This document shows, in pieces, positions 37,721 to 47,186 of a stretch of 64,000 bases of DNA (the stretch's first letter is position 1; the number at the start of each line of letters is the position of its first letter). The notes below the pieces were generated by a model. The model saw nothing but the letters and a program-made list of their open reading frames with translations, had not been told where the DNA came from and did no database searches. The stretch is from Thermoplasmata archaeon (GTDB taxonomy: Archaea; Thermoplasmatota; E2; JACPAO01; JAHFTW01). The translations under genes were made by a program, and so were the position numbers. The stretch is taken from NCBI GenBank assembly GCA_034667725.1, contig JAXDQS010000003.1, forward strand, positions 224,001-288,000, read 5' to 3'.

Positions 37721-38892
37721 CCATGGGCGAGAGCAAGCGCATCACCCTGGTCTCGCCCTACGACCCCACGCCGGACCAGCTCGACACCAAAGGCGCCAAG
37801 GTCGGCGGCGTCGAGCGGGTGTTCGCCGAGGTCGCCAAGGGCCTGGTGGCCCGCGGCCACGACGTGACGATGCTGTGCAGCACCTCGGGCCCGCCCCGGC
37901 GGACGGTCGACGACAACCTGCGCACCATCCGGGTCCATCGCCACGCGACCCTGTTCCGTGACCCGGTGTGCCGCCTCGACCGGCACCTGCCGCCCGGCGC
38001 GGACATCGTGCACGTCGCGGCCACCTACCCGTTCACGACGGCGCCCGTGCTGCGGCGCGCCGACCGCGACGGCGCGGTGCCGGTGCTGGACTTCCACTTC
38101 GAGCCGCACCCCGGCAGCGCCGCCGGCCGCCTTGCCGCAGCACTCTACCGCAAGGTCGGCCCGCCGAGCTACAGCGTCGCCCAGGCGGTCCTGGTGCGCT
38201 CGCACGCCTACGCCGAGTCGGCCCCGAGCCTGGCCGGCGTGCCGGCGGAGCGGCTCCGGATCGTGCCCAACGGCATCGACCCGGCCCGCTTCCGCCCGGA
38301 CGGCCCCGCCAGCCCCGGCGACTACCTGCTGTTCGTCGGCCGCCTCGTGCCCTACAAGGGCGTCGAGGTGCTGCTGCACGCCATGGCCCTCGCCCGCCTC
38401 GGCCTTCCCTTGGTGGTCGTCGGCGACGGCCCGCGCAAGCCGTTCCTGGAGTCGCTGGCGCGCAACCTCGGCGTCGAGGTGCGCTGGCTCGGCCACATCC
38501 CCGACGACATGCTGCCCATCCTGTACCGCGGCGCCACCCTCACGGTGCTGCCCAGCGTCAACCGCCAGGAGGCCTTCGGCATCGCCCTCATCGAGTCGAT
38601 GGCGTGCGGCACCCCGGTCGTGGCCTCCGCGCTGCGCGGCGTCGAGGACGTCGCCAAGGTCGGCGGCCTCACGGTGCCGCCCGGCGACCCGGCCGCCCTC
38701 GCCCAAGCGCTGCAGCAGGCCATCGCCGCCAACCTGCCGCGCGGCGCGGCGCTGGCCCGCAAGGTGCACGCCCTGTTCTCGTGGGACGCGGTCACCGACC
38801 GCCTCGTCCAAGTGTACGACGAGGCGCTCGCGGGCCGCCCCCGCCGCGAGGTGAACCCCCATGCGCATCCTGGCGGTCACGCCGTACTATAG
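37717..38892 (+). CDS. GT4 glycosyltransferase
   Basis: GGVER, VPNGID, FVGRL.PYKG, EAFGI.LIESMACG.PVV. Confidence 0.92.
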   Translation: MTMGESKRITLVSPYDPTPDQLDTKGAKVGGVERVFAEVAKGLVARGHDVTMLCSTSGPPRRTVDDNLRTIRVHRHATLFRDPVCRLDRHLPPGADIVHVAATYPFTTAPVLRRADRDGAVPVLDFHFEPHPGSAAGRLAAALYRKVGPPSYSVAQAVLVRSHAYAESAPSLAGVPAERLRIVPNGIDPARFRPDGPASPGDYLLFVGRLVPYKGVEVLLHAMALARLGLPLVVVGDGPRKPFLESLARNLGVEVRWLGHIPDDMLPILYRGATLTVLPSVNRQEAFGIALIESMACGTPVVASALRGVEDVAKVGGLTVPPGDPAALAQALQQAIAANLPRGAALARKVHALFSWDAVTDRLVQVYDEALAGRPRREVNPHAHPGGHAVL

Positions 38893-39985
38893 CCCCGAGG
38901 GCGGCGGCCTGGAGCGGTACGCGCACCAGATCCTGCGCCGCCTGGCCGGGCGCGGCCACGACGTGCAGGCGCTCGCCTTCAGCCAGACGCGCGCCGGCCG
39001 CGTCGACGTCGAGGGCGTCCCGGTCGAGTTCACCATGCCCGACTTCCGCATCGGCAACGCCCCCGTCGGCGCCGGCTTCCTGGGCGCCGTGCGCGACCGC
39101 ATCGCCCGCGACCGCCCCGACGTCGTGCTGGCGCACACGCCCGTGCCGTTCTCGGCCGAGATGGCAAGCCTCGCCGCCGCGCGCGCCGGCGTCCCGTTCG
39201 TCGCGACCTACCACGCCGGCCGGCTGCAAGGCAGCACCGGCGTCCGCAACGTGCTCGCGGCCCTCGACCGCGCCACCTTGGAGCGCCGGATGCTCAAGAA
39301 CGCCGCGCGGCTGATCGCCGTGACACCGTACGTCCGCGACCACGCGCTCGGGAAGCACAAGGACCGCGTCGCCATCATCCCGCCGGGCGTCGACCACGCC
39401 ACCTTCGCGCCGCAGCCGATGGAGGACGCGCCCCCCAAGGAGGTGCTGTTCGTCGGCCCGCTGGACCGCAGCTACGGCTGGAAAGGGGCCGACGTGCTGT
39501 GGGACGCGTTCCAGGCCGTCGCCAAGGCGCACCCCGCCGCCCGGCTGCGGCTGGTGGGCAAGGGCGACCGCGCCGCCGAGTTCCGGCGCCTGGGCGCCCG
39601 CCTCGGCGGCGTCGAGGTCAGCGGCCGCCTCAGCGACCCGGAGCTGGTCGCGGCCTACAACCGCGCCTGCGTCACGGTGCTGCCCAGCCTGACCGACGCC
39701 GAGTCGTTCGGCATGGTGCTGGCCGAGGCCAACGCCTGCGAGCGGCCCGTGGTGGCAAGCCGGGTCGGCGGCATCCCCGACTTCGTGGCCCACGGCGAGA
39801 ACGGCCTGCTGGCGGCGCCCGGCGACGCGCGCGACCTGGCGGCGCAGCTGTGCGCGGTGCTGGCGGACGAAGGGATGGCGCGCCGGATGGGCCGCGCGGG
39901 CCGCAAGCGCGTGATCGAGGGGCACGACTGGGACGAGCTTGCGAAGCGGACGGAAGCCGTGCTGGCCGACGCCGCCAACGCTTAG
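38861..39985 (+). CDS. GT4 glycosyltransferase
   Basis: P.GGGLE, IPPGVD, WKG, ESFGMVLAEA.AC..PVV.S..GG. Confidence 0.92.
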   Translation: MRILAVTPYYSPEGGGLERYAHQILRRLAGRGHDVQALAFSQTRAGRVDVEGVPVEFTMPDFRIGNAPVGAGFLGAVRDRIARDRPDVVLAHTPVPFSAEMASLAAARAGVPFVATYHAGRLQGSTGVRNVLAALDRATLERRMLKNAARLIAVTPYVRDHALGKHKDRVAIIPPGVDHATFAPQPMEDAPPKEVLFVGPLDRSYGWKGADVLWDAFQAVAKAHPAARLRLVGKGDRAAEFRRLGARLGGVEVSGRLSDPELVAAYNRACVTVLPSLTDAESFGMVLAEANACERPVVASRVGGIPDFVAHGENGLLAAPGDARDLAAQLCAVLADEGMARRMGRAGRKRVIEGHDWDELAKRTEAVLADAANA

Positions 39986-40056
39986 TCTGGTTCGTTCGAG
40001 GCAAGCGGTGCCGCGCCAGCAAGTCCTTTCCGCGCGGACGGTTGCCGACGCTTGCG

Positions 40057-42087
40057 ATGGGGACTGCCGGAGCCGGGCGCGAGCCGCCGGAGCAGGACGT
40101 CCGCCGGCTGCTGCGGGTCGCGGCCAAGGAGGACGGCAGCGGGCCGCGCCGGGCCGCGGCGGAGGACGCCATCGCCGGCATGGTCTCGGGCCTGGTCGAG
40201 ACCAGCGCGTTCCTTGCCAACATCCTGGAGTCGAGCACCGAGCACAGCATCATCGCCAAGGACCTGGAGCGGCGCATCCTGAGCTGGAACGCCGGCGCCC
40301 GCCGCAACTACGGCTACGCGCCCGACGAGGTGCTCGGCAAGTCTTCCGACCTGCTGCACAGCCCGGAGGACCTGGAGGAGGGCGTCGTCAAGCGGCTCCA
40401 CGACGAGGCCTTGGCGCACGGCCACGCGGAAGGCAAGTTCCGGCGCCGCCGCAAGGACGGCACCACCTTCCTCGCCAGCGTCGTCATCACCCGCCGCGAC
40501 GACGCGCACGGGCGGCCCATCGGCTACCTCCTGGTGAGCCGCGACATCACGGCGGAGGAGCGGCTGCGGCGCGAGGCGGACGAGAACCGCCGCCTGCTGG
40601 CCAACATCCTCGAGTCGAGCACGCAGTACAGCATCATCGCCGAGGACCTGGAGCGGCGCATCCTGAGCTGGAACGCCGGCGCCCGCCGCAACTACGGCTA
40701 CACCGCCGACGAGGTGCTCGGCAAGTCCTCCGACCTGCTGCACGACGACCAGGACCTGCGCACGGGCGTGGTGGGCCGGATGCACGCCACGGCCCTGCGC
40801 GACGGCTACGCCGAGGGCGTCTTCCACCGGCGGCGCAAGGACGGCTCGTCGTTCCAGGCCTCGGTGGTGCTGACCCGCCGCGACGACGCGCACGGCAAGC
40901 CCCTCGGCTACCTGCTGGTGAGCCGCGACGTCACCGAGGAGCTGGCGCTCCGGCAGGAGGCCGAGGAGCGCCACCGCCGGCTCGCCGAGGCCGACCGCCG
41001 CAAGGACGAGTTCCTGGCGACCCTGGCGCACGAGCTGCGCAACCCGCTGTCGCCGCTGGCCATGGCGTCGGAGCTGCTGAAGCGGGAGCCGGACCCCGCC
41101 AAGCAAGCCCACTACCACGACATCCTGGACCGCCAGGTCGCGCACCTGACGCGCCTGGTGGACGACCTCCTGGACGTCGCCCGCTTCTCGCGCGGCAAGA
41201 TCCAGGTCCGCCGCGAGCCGATGCCGCTGGCCGCCGCCGTGCTGCAGGGCGCCGAGATCGCCGGCCCGCTGATGCAGGAGAAAGCCCAGGCGTTCAAGCT
41301 GCGCGGCGCCGCGGCCCCCCTGCTGGTGGCCGGCGACGCGGTGCGGCTGGCCCAGGTGTTCGGCAACCTGCTCCGCAACGCCGCCAAGTACACGCCGGCC
41401 GGCGGCCGCATCGAGGCCACCGTCGAGGCCGAGGGTGGCGAGGCGGTGGTGCGCATCGCCGACAACGGCCTCGGCATCCCCGCCGACCGCCTCGCCAGCA
41501 TCTTCGACCCGTTCGTCCAGGCCCACGCCGGGCAAGGAGGCGGCGGCCTCGGCATCGGGCTCACGCTGGCCAAGAGCATCGTGGAGCTGCACGACGGCAC
41601 CGTGGTGGCGTCCAGCGCCGGCGAGAACCAAGGCAGCACGTTCACGGTGCGCCTGCCGCTGCTGACGGTCCCGGCCGCCGGCGAGCCCGCCGCGCCGCCG
41701 CGCACGGACGCCACGCCGGCCCGCCGCGTCCTGGTGGTCGACGACAACCCGGACGTCGGCGAGACCCTGGCCGACCTGCTGCGCCTCGAAGGGCACACGG
41801 TCCAGGCCGCCACCTCAGGGCAGGAAGGGCTGGCCAAGGCCCGCTCGCTCCGGCCGGACATCATCTTCTGCGACCTCGGGATGCCGGGCATGGACGGCCA
41901 CGAGGTGGCGCGCCGCGTCCGGGCCGACCCCAGCCTGGCCGGCTGCACCTTGGTGGCGCTCTCCGGCTACGCCACCGATGCGGACCGGGCCCGCTCGATG
42001 CGGCAGGGCTTCGACCACCACCTGGCCAAGCCGCCGCTTGCGGCCGACCTGCTGGCGCTGGTGCGGCGCGCGCCGCGGCTGGCCTAG
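40057..42087 (+). CDS. hybrid sensor kinase (PAS-PAS-HisKA-HATPase-REC)
   Basis: Two near-identical PAS domains; H-box LAHELRNPL; N-box NLLRNAAKYT; G boxes; REC domain VVDD...CDLGMP...KP. Confidence 0.92.
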   Translation: MGTAGAGREPPEQDVRRLLRVAAKEDGSGPRRAAAEDAIAGMVSGLVETSAFLANILESSTEHSIIAKDLERRILSWNAGARRNYGYAPDEVLGKSSDLLHSPEDLEEGVVKRLHDEALAHGHAEGKFRRRRKDGTTFLASVVITRRDDAHGRPIGYLLVSRDITAEERLRREADENRRLLANILESSTQYSIIAEDLERRILSWNAGARRNYGYTADEVLGKSSDLLHDDQDLRTGVVGRMHATALRDGYAEGVFHRRRKDGSSFQASVVLTRRDDAHGKPLGYLLVSRDVTEELALRQEAEERHRRLAEADRRKDEFLATLAHELRNPLSPLAMASELLKREPDPAKQAHYHDILDRQVAHLTRLVDDLLDVARFSRGKIQVRREPMPLAAAVLQGAEIAGPLMQEKAQAFKLRGAAAPLLVAGDAVRLAQVFGNLLRNAAKYTPAGGRIEATVEAEGGEAVVRIADNGLGIPADRLASIFDPFVQAHAGQGGGGLGIGLTLAKSIVELHDGTVVASSAGENQGSTFTVRLPLLTVPAAGEPAAPPRTDATPARRVLVVDDNPDVGETLADLLRLEGHTVQAATSGQEGLAKARSLRPDIIFCDLGMPGMDGHEVARRVRADPSLAGCTLVALSGYATDADRARSMRQGFDHHLAKPPLAADLLALVRRAPRLA

Positions 42088-42956
42088 TCCGCCGGCTTCG
42101 GCTCGGGCTCCGGCTTCGGCTCCCAGCGCCGCAGCACCACGAACCAGAAGCACGCCATGAACAAGGCGAACAGGATCCAGCCCATGTGGGCGTGCGCGGT
42201 CTGCAGCGCGGCGGGGCCCCAGGCGATGCCGATGCGGGCCAGGATCACCAGCCGGAGGATGTTCATCACCCACAGTCCGGCCAGGCCCAGCAACAGCGTG
42301 GCCGCCAGGCGGGTGCCCGGCATCTTGGTCTGCCAGGCGTGCAGCCCGACCAGCCCGAGGAACAGGACGATGGGGTACAAGCCGGCGCAGACCAGGCCGA
42401 CGCCAAGCGTCAGCCCGCCGCGCGGGGTCTCGAGGACCAGGTTGTGGCCGACGACCTCGACGGGGGTGCCCAGCAGCACCAGGCCGAAGGCGGTGGGGGC
42501 GACGACCAAGGAGGCGACCGCGCCCGCGGCGCCAGAGCCCGCCTCGGGGCTCGACACCATCGCGTTGGAGGCGAACAGCACCATCGGCGCCAGCAGCAAG
42601 GGGAACGACCAGCCGACAAGGCTGCCGACCTCGACCTTGCCGAGCTTCCGGTCCAAGAACGGGGAGGAGGCGAGAAGGGCGGCGCCGTAGGCCAGGAGGC
42701 CCCACTCGGGGAGGCCGAGGCCGTTGGCGCGCACCGCGTTGACCGCGATGGTGCCGACGACCAAGGCCGCCCCGAGGGCGGCGACCCAGCGGCCGCGCCG
42801 CATCTGGATGCGCGGGAGCCCGAAGGCGAGGATGGCTGCGCCCGCGGCCAGGCTCAGGAACCCCGCGACCGGGGATTCGTGGGCCAGGAGGCCGAGGAGG
42901 ACGAGGAGCCCGTAGCCGGCCAACAGGAGGCCGAGGAGGCTGCGCAGCCCGCCCAT
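42084..42956 (-). CDS. exosortase/archaeosortase family transpeptidase
   Basis: About 8 TM segments; catalytic Cys in V..VCAG, N.LR Arg and C-terminal H...G (AHAHMG). Confidence 0.85.
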   Translation of the reverse strand: MGGLRSLLGLLLAGYGLLVLLGLLAHESPVAGFLSLAAGAAILAFGLPRIQMRRGRWVAALGAALVVGTIAVNAVRANGLGLPEWGLLAYGAALLASSPFLDRKLGKVEVGSLVGWSFPLLLAPMVLFASNAMVSSPEAGSGAAGAVASLVVAPTAFGLVLLGTPVEVVGHNLVLETPRGGLTLGVGLVCAGLYPIVLFLGLVGLHAWQTKMPGTRLAATLLLGLAGLWVMNILRLVILARIGIAWGPAALQTAHAHMGWILFALFMACFWFVVLRRWEPKPEPEPKPAD

Positions 42957-42960
42957 CGGC

Positions 42961-43776
42961 TCACTCCTGCTTCCGGCGGGCGATGGCGTAGGCCGCGGTG
43001 CCGAGGAGGCCGGCGGCGCCGACCGCGACGAAGGTCGGCAGGTCGGGGATGGTGGTGACCTCGACCTGCGCGCAGCCCTCGCTCTCGGAGTCGCCGAACA
43101 GCGCCGTCACCATGTAGGTGTAAGTGACGCCGTCCTCGGTGTCCGCGTCGATGTACGTACCGACGCCGGCGTCGAGGTTGGCGATGTGCTCGAAGTCGCC
43201 GTCGCCCTCGGCGCGGTACACCATGGTGCCGTTGCTGCCGGGGGCGGGCGTGAAGGTCAGCTCGACCGAGCCGTCGCTGCGGGCCAGCAGCACGAGGTCG
43301 GTGGGGCACGGCAGCTCCTCCGGGGGCGGGCACTGCTCGGAGCCCTCCTCGCACTCGGGCGCGCACTCCTCGACCCAGAACATCTTGTTCTTGGTGCTGT
43401 CCTTGCCGTCGTCCTCGGTGACCTCGAGGCGGTAGTGGCCGGCGGCCAGGGTGTAGGGGCCGCTCAGGAAGTGGAAGCCCTCCTCGTCGTCGCCCGTGTC
43501 CGCCGTCCATTCGCCGTCCAGCACCATCGTCATGTCGCCCGTCGGGGGCCAGGAGAAGATCTCGAACGAGCCGGTGCCGGCGTTCATGTTGAAGCCTTCG
43601 ATCCAGAAGTCCTCGCAGTCGACGTGCGGGATGTTGCGCGTCGGCGGGTCGGCGGTCTCCTCGTCGTGGACCTTGACGTCGCCCGCGTGGCCGTGGGCGC
43701 TGGTGGGCGTGGCAAAGAGGACGAAAGCCCCGGCGATGGCCAGGGACAGGACGGTGGCGGTGCGTGCATTGAGCAT
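42961..43776 (-). CDS. secreted FnIII-like surface protein with IPDLP-CTERM sorting signal
   Basis: Signal peptide; FnIII-like module (Y.VYR...Y.D...G.TY.Y.V.A....ES); C-terminus TTIPDLPT-TM-RRK, similar to PEF-CTERM. Confidence 0.8.
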   Translation of the reverse strand: MLNARTATVLSLAIAGAFVLFATPTSAHGHAGDVKVHDEETADPPTRNIPHVDCEDFWIEGFNMNAGTGSFEIFSWPPTGDMTMVLDGEWTADTGDDEEGFHFLSGPYTLAAGHYRLEVTEDDGKDSTKNKMFWVEECAPECEEGSEQCPPPEELPCPTDLVLLARSDGSVELTFTPAPGSNGTMVYRAEGDGDFEHIANLDAGVGTYIDADTEDGVTYTYMVTALFGDSESEGCAQVEVTTIPDLPTFVAVGAAGLLGTAAYAIARRKQE

Positions 43777-43825
43777 AAGGCTCACTGGAATGTCTCGCGC
43801 GGCGCTCCATTAGGCGTGTTGGGAC

Positions 43826-43843
43826 AACGATCCATGGCACGTT
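43826..43843. promoter_or_regulatory. palindromic operator candidate upstream of the sortase substrate
   Basis: AACGATCCATGGCACGTT; the right half matches 31210-31221 at 11/12. Confidence 0.45.
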
Positions 43844-43868
43844 CCTCGAAGCTACTGCCGGGTCGCCG

Positions 43869-43968
43869 CCTAGGGGCTTCGCCCCTAGGACCCCCTGGCG
43901 CGTCACGGCGCTGCGCGCGCGACGCACCGAACGCCTTCGCTTCGCGTTCGGCGCGCGCCGACGCGCGA
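43869..43968. repeat. double hairpin (REP-like or terminator)
   Basis: CCTAGGGGC-TTC-GCCCCTAGG, then a long imperfect stem (GCGCGTC/GACGCGC, CCGAACGC/GCGTTCGG). Confidence 0.55.
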
Positions 43969-43978
43969 CCCTTCCCCA

Positions 43979-44968
43979 TCATTGCCGCGTCGCCGCCCGC
44001 AGCCTTGCCAACTCCGCCGTGGGGTCCGGCGCCGCGCGCGGCCCGAGGATGCGGACGGCGTCAGCGGGTGCGATGGCGGGCTCCGGCGTTGCCTCCAGCA
44101 GCCGCAGCGTCGCCTGCCGCACCTTCATGGTGGGGTGCCGCAGCAGCCGGGCCTGCGCCTGGCCTCGGCTCCGCGCCAGGTACAAGAGGTGGTCGACCAC
44201 GCCGTCGCCGGCCGGCCCCGCCAGCCGCAGCGCGGTCGGCACGGCGTCGAGCAGGGCCGCGCGCGCGGCCCGCCACGCCTGCGCGGCGTCGCGCGGGGGC
44301 GCGTGCGCGAGGTCCACCTTGAAGGCGAAGGCCCACTCGAACCACGCCCGCCGCGCCTCGACGGCGGGGATCGGGGGCAGCCGGGCCCACAGCTCCTGGC
44401 GCTCGCGCTGGCTGGGCGCGAACGCGCCCGCGCCCAGGAGGTGCGCGTCCAAGGCGGCAAGCAGCGCCTTGGCCGCCTGGATGCGGCGCGCGTGCGGGTC
44501 GGCGTTCGGCGTCACCAAGAGGAGGCCGGCGGCGCGGTTGGCCACCAGCCGGAGCGCCTCGCCGGGCGCCAGGTCCTGGGGGCCGCGCACTGGGATGCGG
44601 TCCAACAGCGGTTCGCCCCACACGGTCTTGCCCCGGAGCGCGGTCTCGTACCAGAAGATGGACGGGGCGACGCGCGGCAGGCGGGCGGCGGCGACGGGCG
44701 CGAGGTCGATGTGCAGGCCCAGCTCGGCCTCGAGCTGGCGCGCGAGGGGGCCGTAGCGCGCGGGCGCGCCCAGCCGCCGGACGGCGACGAAGTCGTAGTC
44801 GTTCTGCGGGACGCCGTCGAGCACCGTGCCCTCGCCGCGCGCGAACCCGCCCGTCAGCACCAGGCTGCGGAGGGCGGGGTCGCGGGCGCGGACCGCCTCG
44901 GCGACGCGGGCGAGGTCGCCTTCGACCCGCGCCACGACCTCCGGCGTGTCCCGGAGGGTGTAGCTCAT
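43979..44968 (-). CDS. Pol-beta-superfamily nucleotidyltransferase-like protein
   Basis: LVLTGGFARGEG...NDYD motif, then a helical C-terminal domain; ATGA coupled to the upstream gene. Confidence 0.75.
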   Translation of the reverse strand: MSYTLRDTPEVVARVEGDLARVAEAVRARDPALRSLVLTGGFARGEGTVLDGVPQNDYDFVAVRRLGAPARYGPLARQLEAELGLHIDLAPVAAARLPRVAPSIFWYETALRGKTVWGEPLLDRIPVRGPQDLAPGEALRLVANRAAGLLLVTPNADPHARRIQAAKALLAALDAHLLGAGAFAPSQRERQELWARLPPIPAVEARRAWFEWAFAFKVDLAHAPPRDAAQAWRAARAALLDAVPTALRLAGPAGDGVVDHLLYLARSRGQAQARLLRHPTMKVRQATLRLLEATPEPAIAPADAVRILGPRAAPDPTAELARLRAATRQ

Positions 44969-46230
44969 GCCTGCTTGCGGGCCGAGGCGGGGGCCACTTG
45001 GATGGGGGCCCGGAGCAGCGACTCGCCCTCGTTGGTGTCGGGGACGGGCAGGCGGAGCATGTCGCACAGGGTGGGGAACACGTCCACGAGGCTGCGGTTG
45101 CCGACGGGGTGGGGCGGGACCCGGCCGGGGCTCGACGAGATGACCATGGCGCCCATGCCCTCCTCGGACTTGTCGAGGTAGCCGTGCATGCCGACGATCT
45201 TCGAGTCGGTGACGTGGAAGTAGTCGGGCCAGTACATCACACCCGGGTTCGCGATGAGCATCCGGTCGCCCCAGCGCCGGTCCATCGGGATGCGGCGCGC
45301 CTTGCGCTCGTCGTCGGACAGCACCCGGCTGCCGGCGATGCCGGGCAGGACGGCCTCGACGGCGTCGCGGCCCTTGGGGGTCAGGTACCACAGCACCGCG
45401 ATGGTCGAGTTGACGAAGACCACGTAATCCTCGGCTTCCTTGGCGCCGCTGGCCCGGAGCGCCTTGAGGACGTTGACCTCCTGGCGGACGGGGCCCATGC
45501 CGTGGTCGCCGCAGATGAACAGGTCCCACGAGTCGTAGCCGGCGGACAGGGCGGCGTGGATGCTGGCGAACTTCTGGTCGAGCTCGCGCAGGTGGCCTTT
45601 CTGCATCTTGTCGCTGAAGGGGCCGTCGACGTGGCCGCGCTGGTCGCACACCGAGAACTGGGCGACGTAGAGGTCGTAGGGGGCCGAGGCGCGCAGCTCG
45701 CGCACCAGGATCTCGTGGATCTCGTTGTCGACGCCGGAGATGGGGTGGGCCAGGTAACGGAAGCGGAGGTCGTTCTCGCGGCACAGGTCGAAGATCGACT
45801 TGGCGCCCAAGGCACCGGGCTCGTACATCGGCTTCATGTCCTCGCACATGGCGAAGCTGGGCAGGAACTTCGGCGGGATCCAGGCGGGGTCGGTGTGGAA
45901 CGCGCCGGTCTTCATCTTGGTGATCTTCTCGACCACCTTGCGCGTCGGCCAGAACAGCTTCTTGGGACGCACCAGCGCCCGCAGCGGGCCGAGCTTGCGG
46001 ACCCACTTGAACGGGCTCTCCTCGGGGTTGAACACGAACTGGCTGAAGTTGCCGGAGGTGTCGGGGTAGCGGCCGGAGAACAGCACCGTGCGCTGGGCGA
46101 AGCCGGGCGGGCTCTCGAACGAGCCCGTGAGGGACTTCTGGGCAAGGCCGTGCAAAAACGGCATCGTGTCGGGGCGGACGTAGTCGGCCCTGCCGGCATC
46201 CATGATGATGAAGACGGTCGCGTGGGTCAT
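44965..46230 (-). CDS. alkaline phosphatase superfamily (nucleotide pyrophosphatase/phosphodiesterase-like)
   Basis: IMDA, D..GH..G, GDHGM and GMHGY metal-ligand motifs. Confidence 0.82.
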   Translation of the reverse strand: MTHATVFIIMDAGRADYVRPDTMPFLHGLAQKSLTGSFESPPGFAQRTVLFSGRYPDTSGNFSQFVFNPEESPFKWVRKLGPLRALVRPKKLFWPTRKVVEKITKMKTGAFHTDPAWIPPKFLPSFAMCEDMKPMYEPGALGAKSIFDLCRENDLRFRYLAHPISGVDNEIHEILVRELRASAPYDLYVAQFSVCDQRGHVDGPFSDKMQKGHLRELDQKFASIHAALSAGYDSWDLFICGDHGMGPVRQEVNVLKALRASGAKEAEDYVVFVNSTIAVLWYLTPKGRDAVEAVLPGIAGSRVLSDDERKARRIPMDRRWGDRMLIANPGVMYWPDYFHVTDSKIVGMHGYLDKSEEGMGAMVISSSPGRVPPHPVGNRSLVDVFPTLCDMLRLPVPDTNEGESLLRAPIQVAPASARKQA

Positions 46231-47186
46231 GTGGGGGTCTCCTTGGGGGTCTTGCGGCGGCTGCGCCCGAGGGCGAGCCCGTGCACATACTGGACGAGGA
46301 AGGCGAGGTCGAAGGCGGGGGAGGCGGCGACCCCGCGCACGAGGTGCAGGGCCGGCAGGCTGCGGCGGCGGCGCACGGCGCGCCGCACGGCCGGGACCCA
46401 GAGGGCGCCGGCCAAGAGGGGCAAGCCGAGGATGGGCAGCCAGACGGCAACCAGGGCGCAAGCGGCAAGCCCGCCGCCCCACGCGAGCACCTCGCGCTGG
46501 ACGCCGAGCTCGCTGGCGTAGGCGCCGCAGCCGTAGCCCTCGCGGACGTTCTTGCGCATCTCCTGGCGCAAGGTGGCGACGTCGTGGTGGCGGACCACCA
46601 TGCGCGGGTTGTAGACGGCGGTGTAGCCCTCGGCGGCGGCCCGTTGCGCCAGCAGCAGGTCCTCGGCGGCGTTGGCCCACGGGTCGAACGGGTGGCGCTC
46701 CAGGATGGTGCGCTTGTAGCCGGCGGCGACGTTGGAGGCGAACCGTAGCGGCTCGGGGGTCTCGCCGTCGGGGAAGTGGTAGCGCAGGCCGCGCACGGCG
46801 GCGGCCGTCGTCCAGCGCTCGGGCGAGTGGATCTGCGGGCCGAACGCCATGTCGGCCTTGGCCAGCGAGGACGCCATCTCGGCGGTCCAGTGCTCGTCGG
46901 GCTCGGCGTCGGCGGACAGGAACGCGATCCAGTCCGATTTGGCCATCGCGACGCCGCGGTTGCGGGCCTCGCCGATCGGGAGGCAGGTGTCGGCCATGCT
47001 CAGGCGCAGCGGGACCGGGAACTCGGTCTGGGCCTGGCGCAGGATGGCGCCGGTGCGGTCGGTGCTGGCGGCGTCGACCACGAGGACCTCGAAGTCGCGC
47101 ATCCGTTGGCGGGCGAGCGCTGCGAGGGTGGCGCCGATGTTGCGCTCCTCATTCAGCGTCAGCACCACGACCGACAGGCGCGGCAT
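46227..47186 (-). CDS. GT2 glycosyltransferase with C-terminal TM segments
   Basis: LSVVV.TLNEE, VVDA.STD.T, ARN.G, FLSAD, AED. Confidence 0.88.
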   Translation of the reverse strand: MPRLSVVVLTLNEERNIGATLAALARQRMRDFEVLVVDAASTDRTGAILRQAQTEFPVPLRLSMADTCLPIGEARNRGVAMAKSDWIAFLSADAEPDEHWTAEMASSLAKADMAFGPQIHSPERWTTAAAVRGLRYHFPDGETPEPLRFASNVAAGYKRTILERHPFDPWANAAEDLLLAQRAAAEGYTAVYNPRMVVRHHDVATLRQEMRKNVREGYGCGAYASELGVQREVLAWGGGLAACALVAVWLPILGLPLLAGALWVPAVRRAVRRRRSLPALHLVRGVAASPAFDLAFLVQYVHGLALGRSRRKTPKETPT

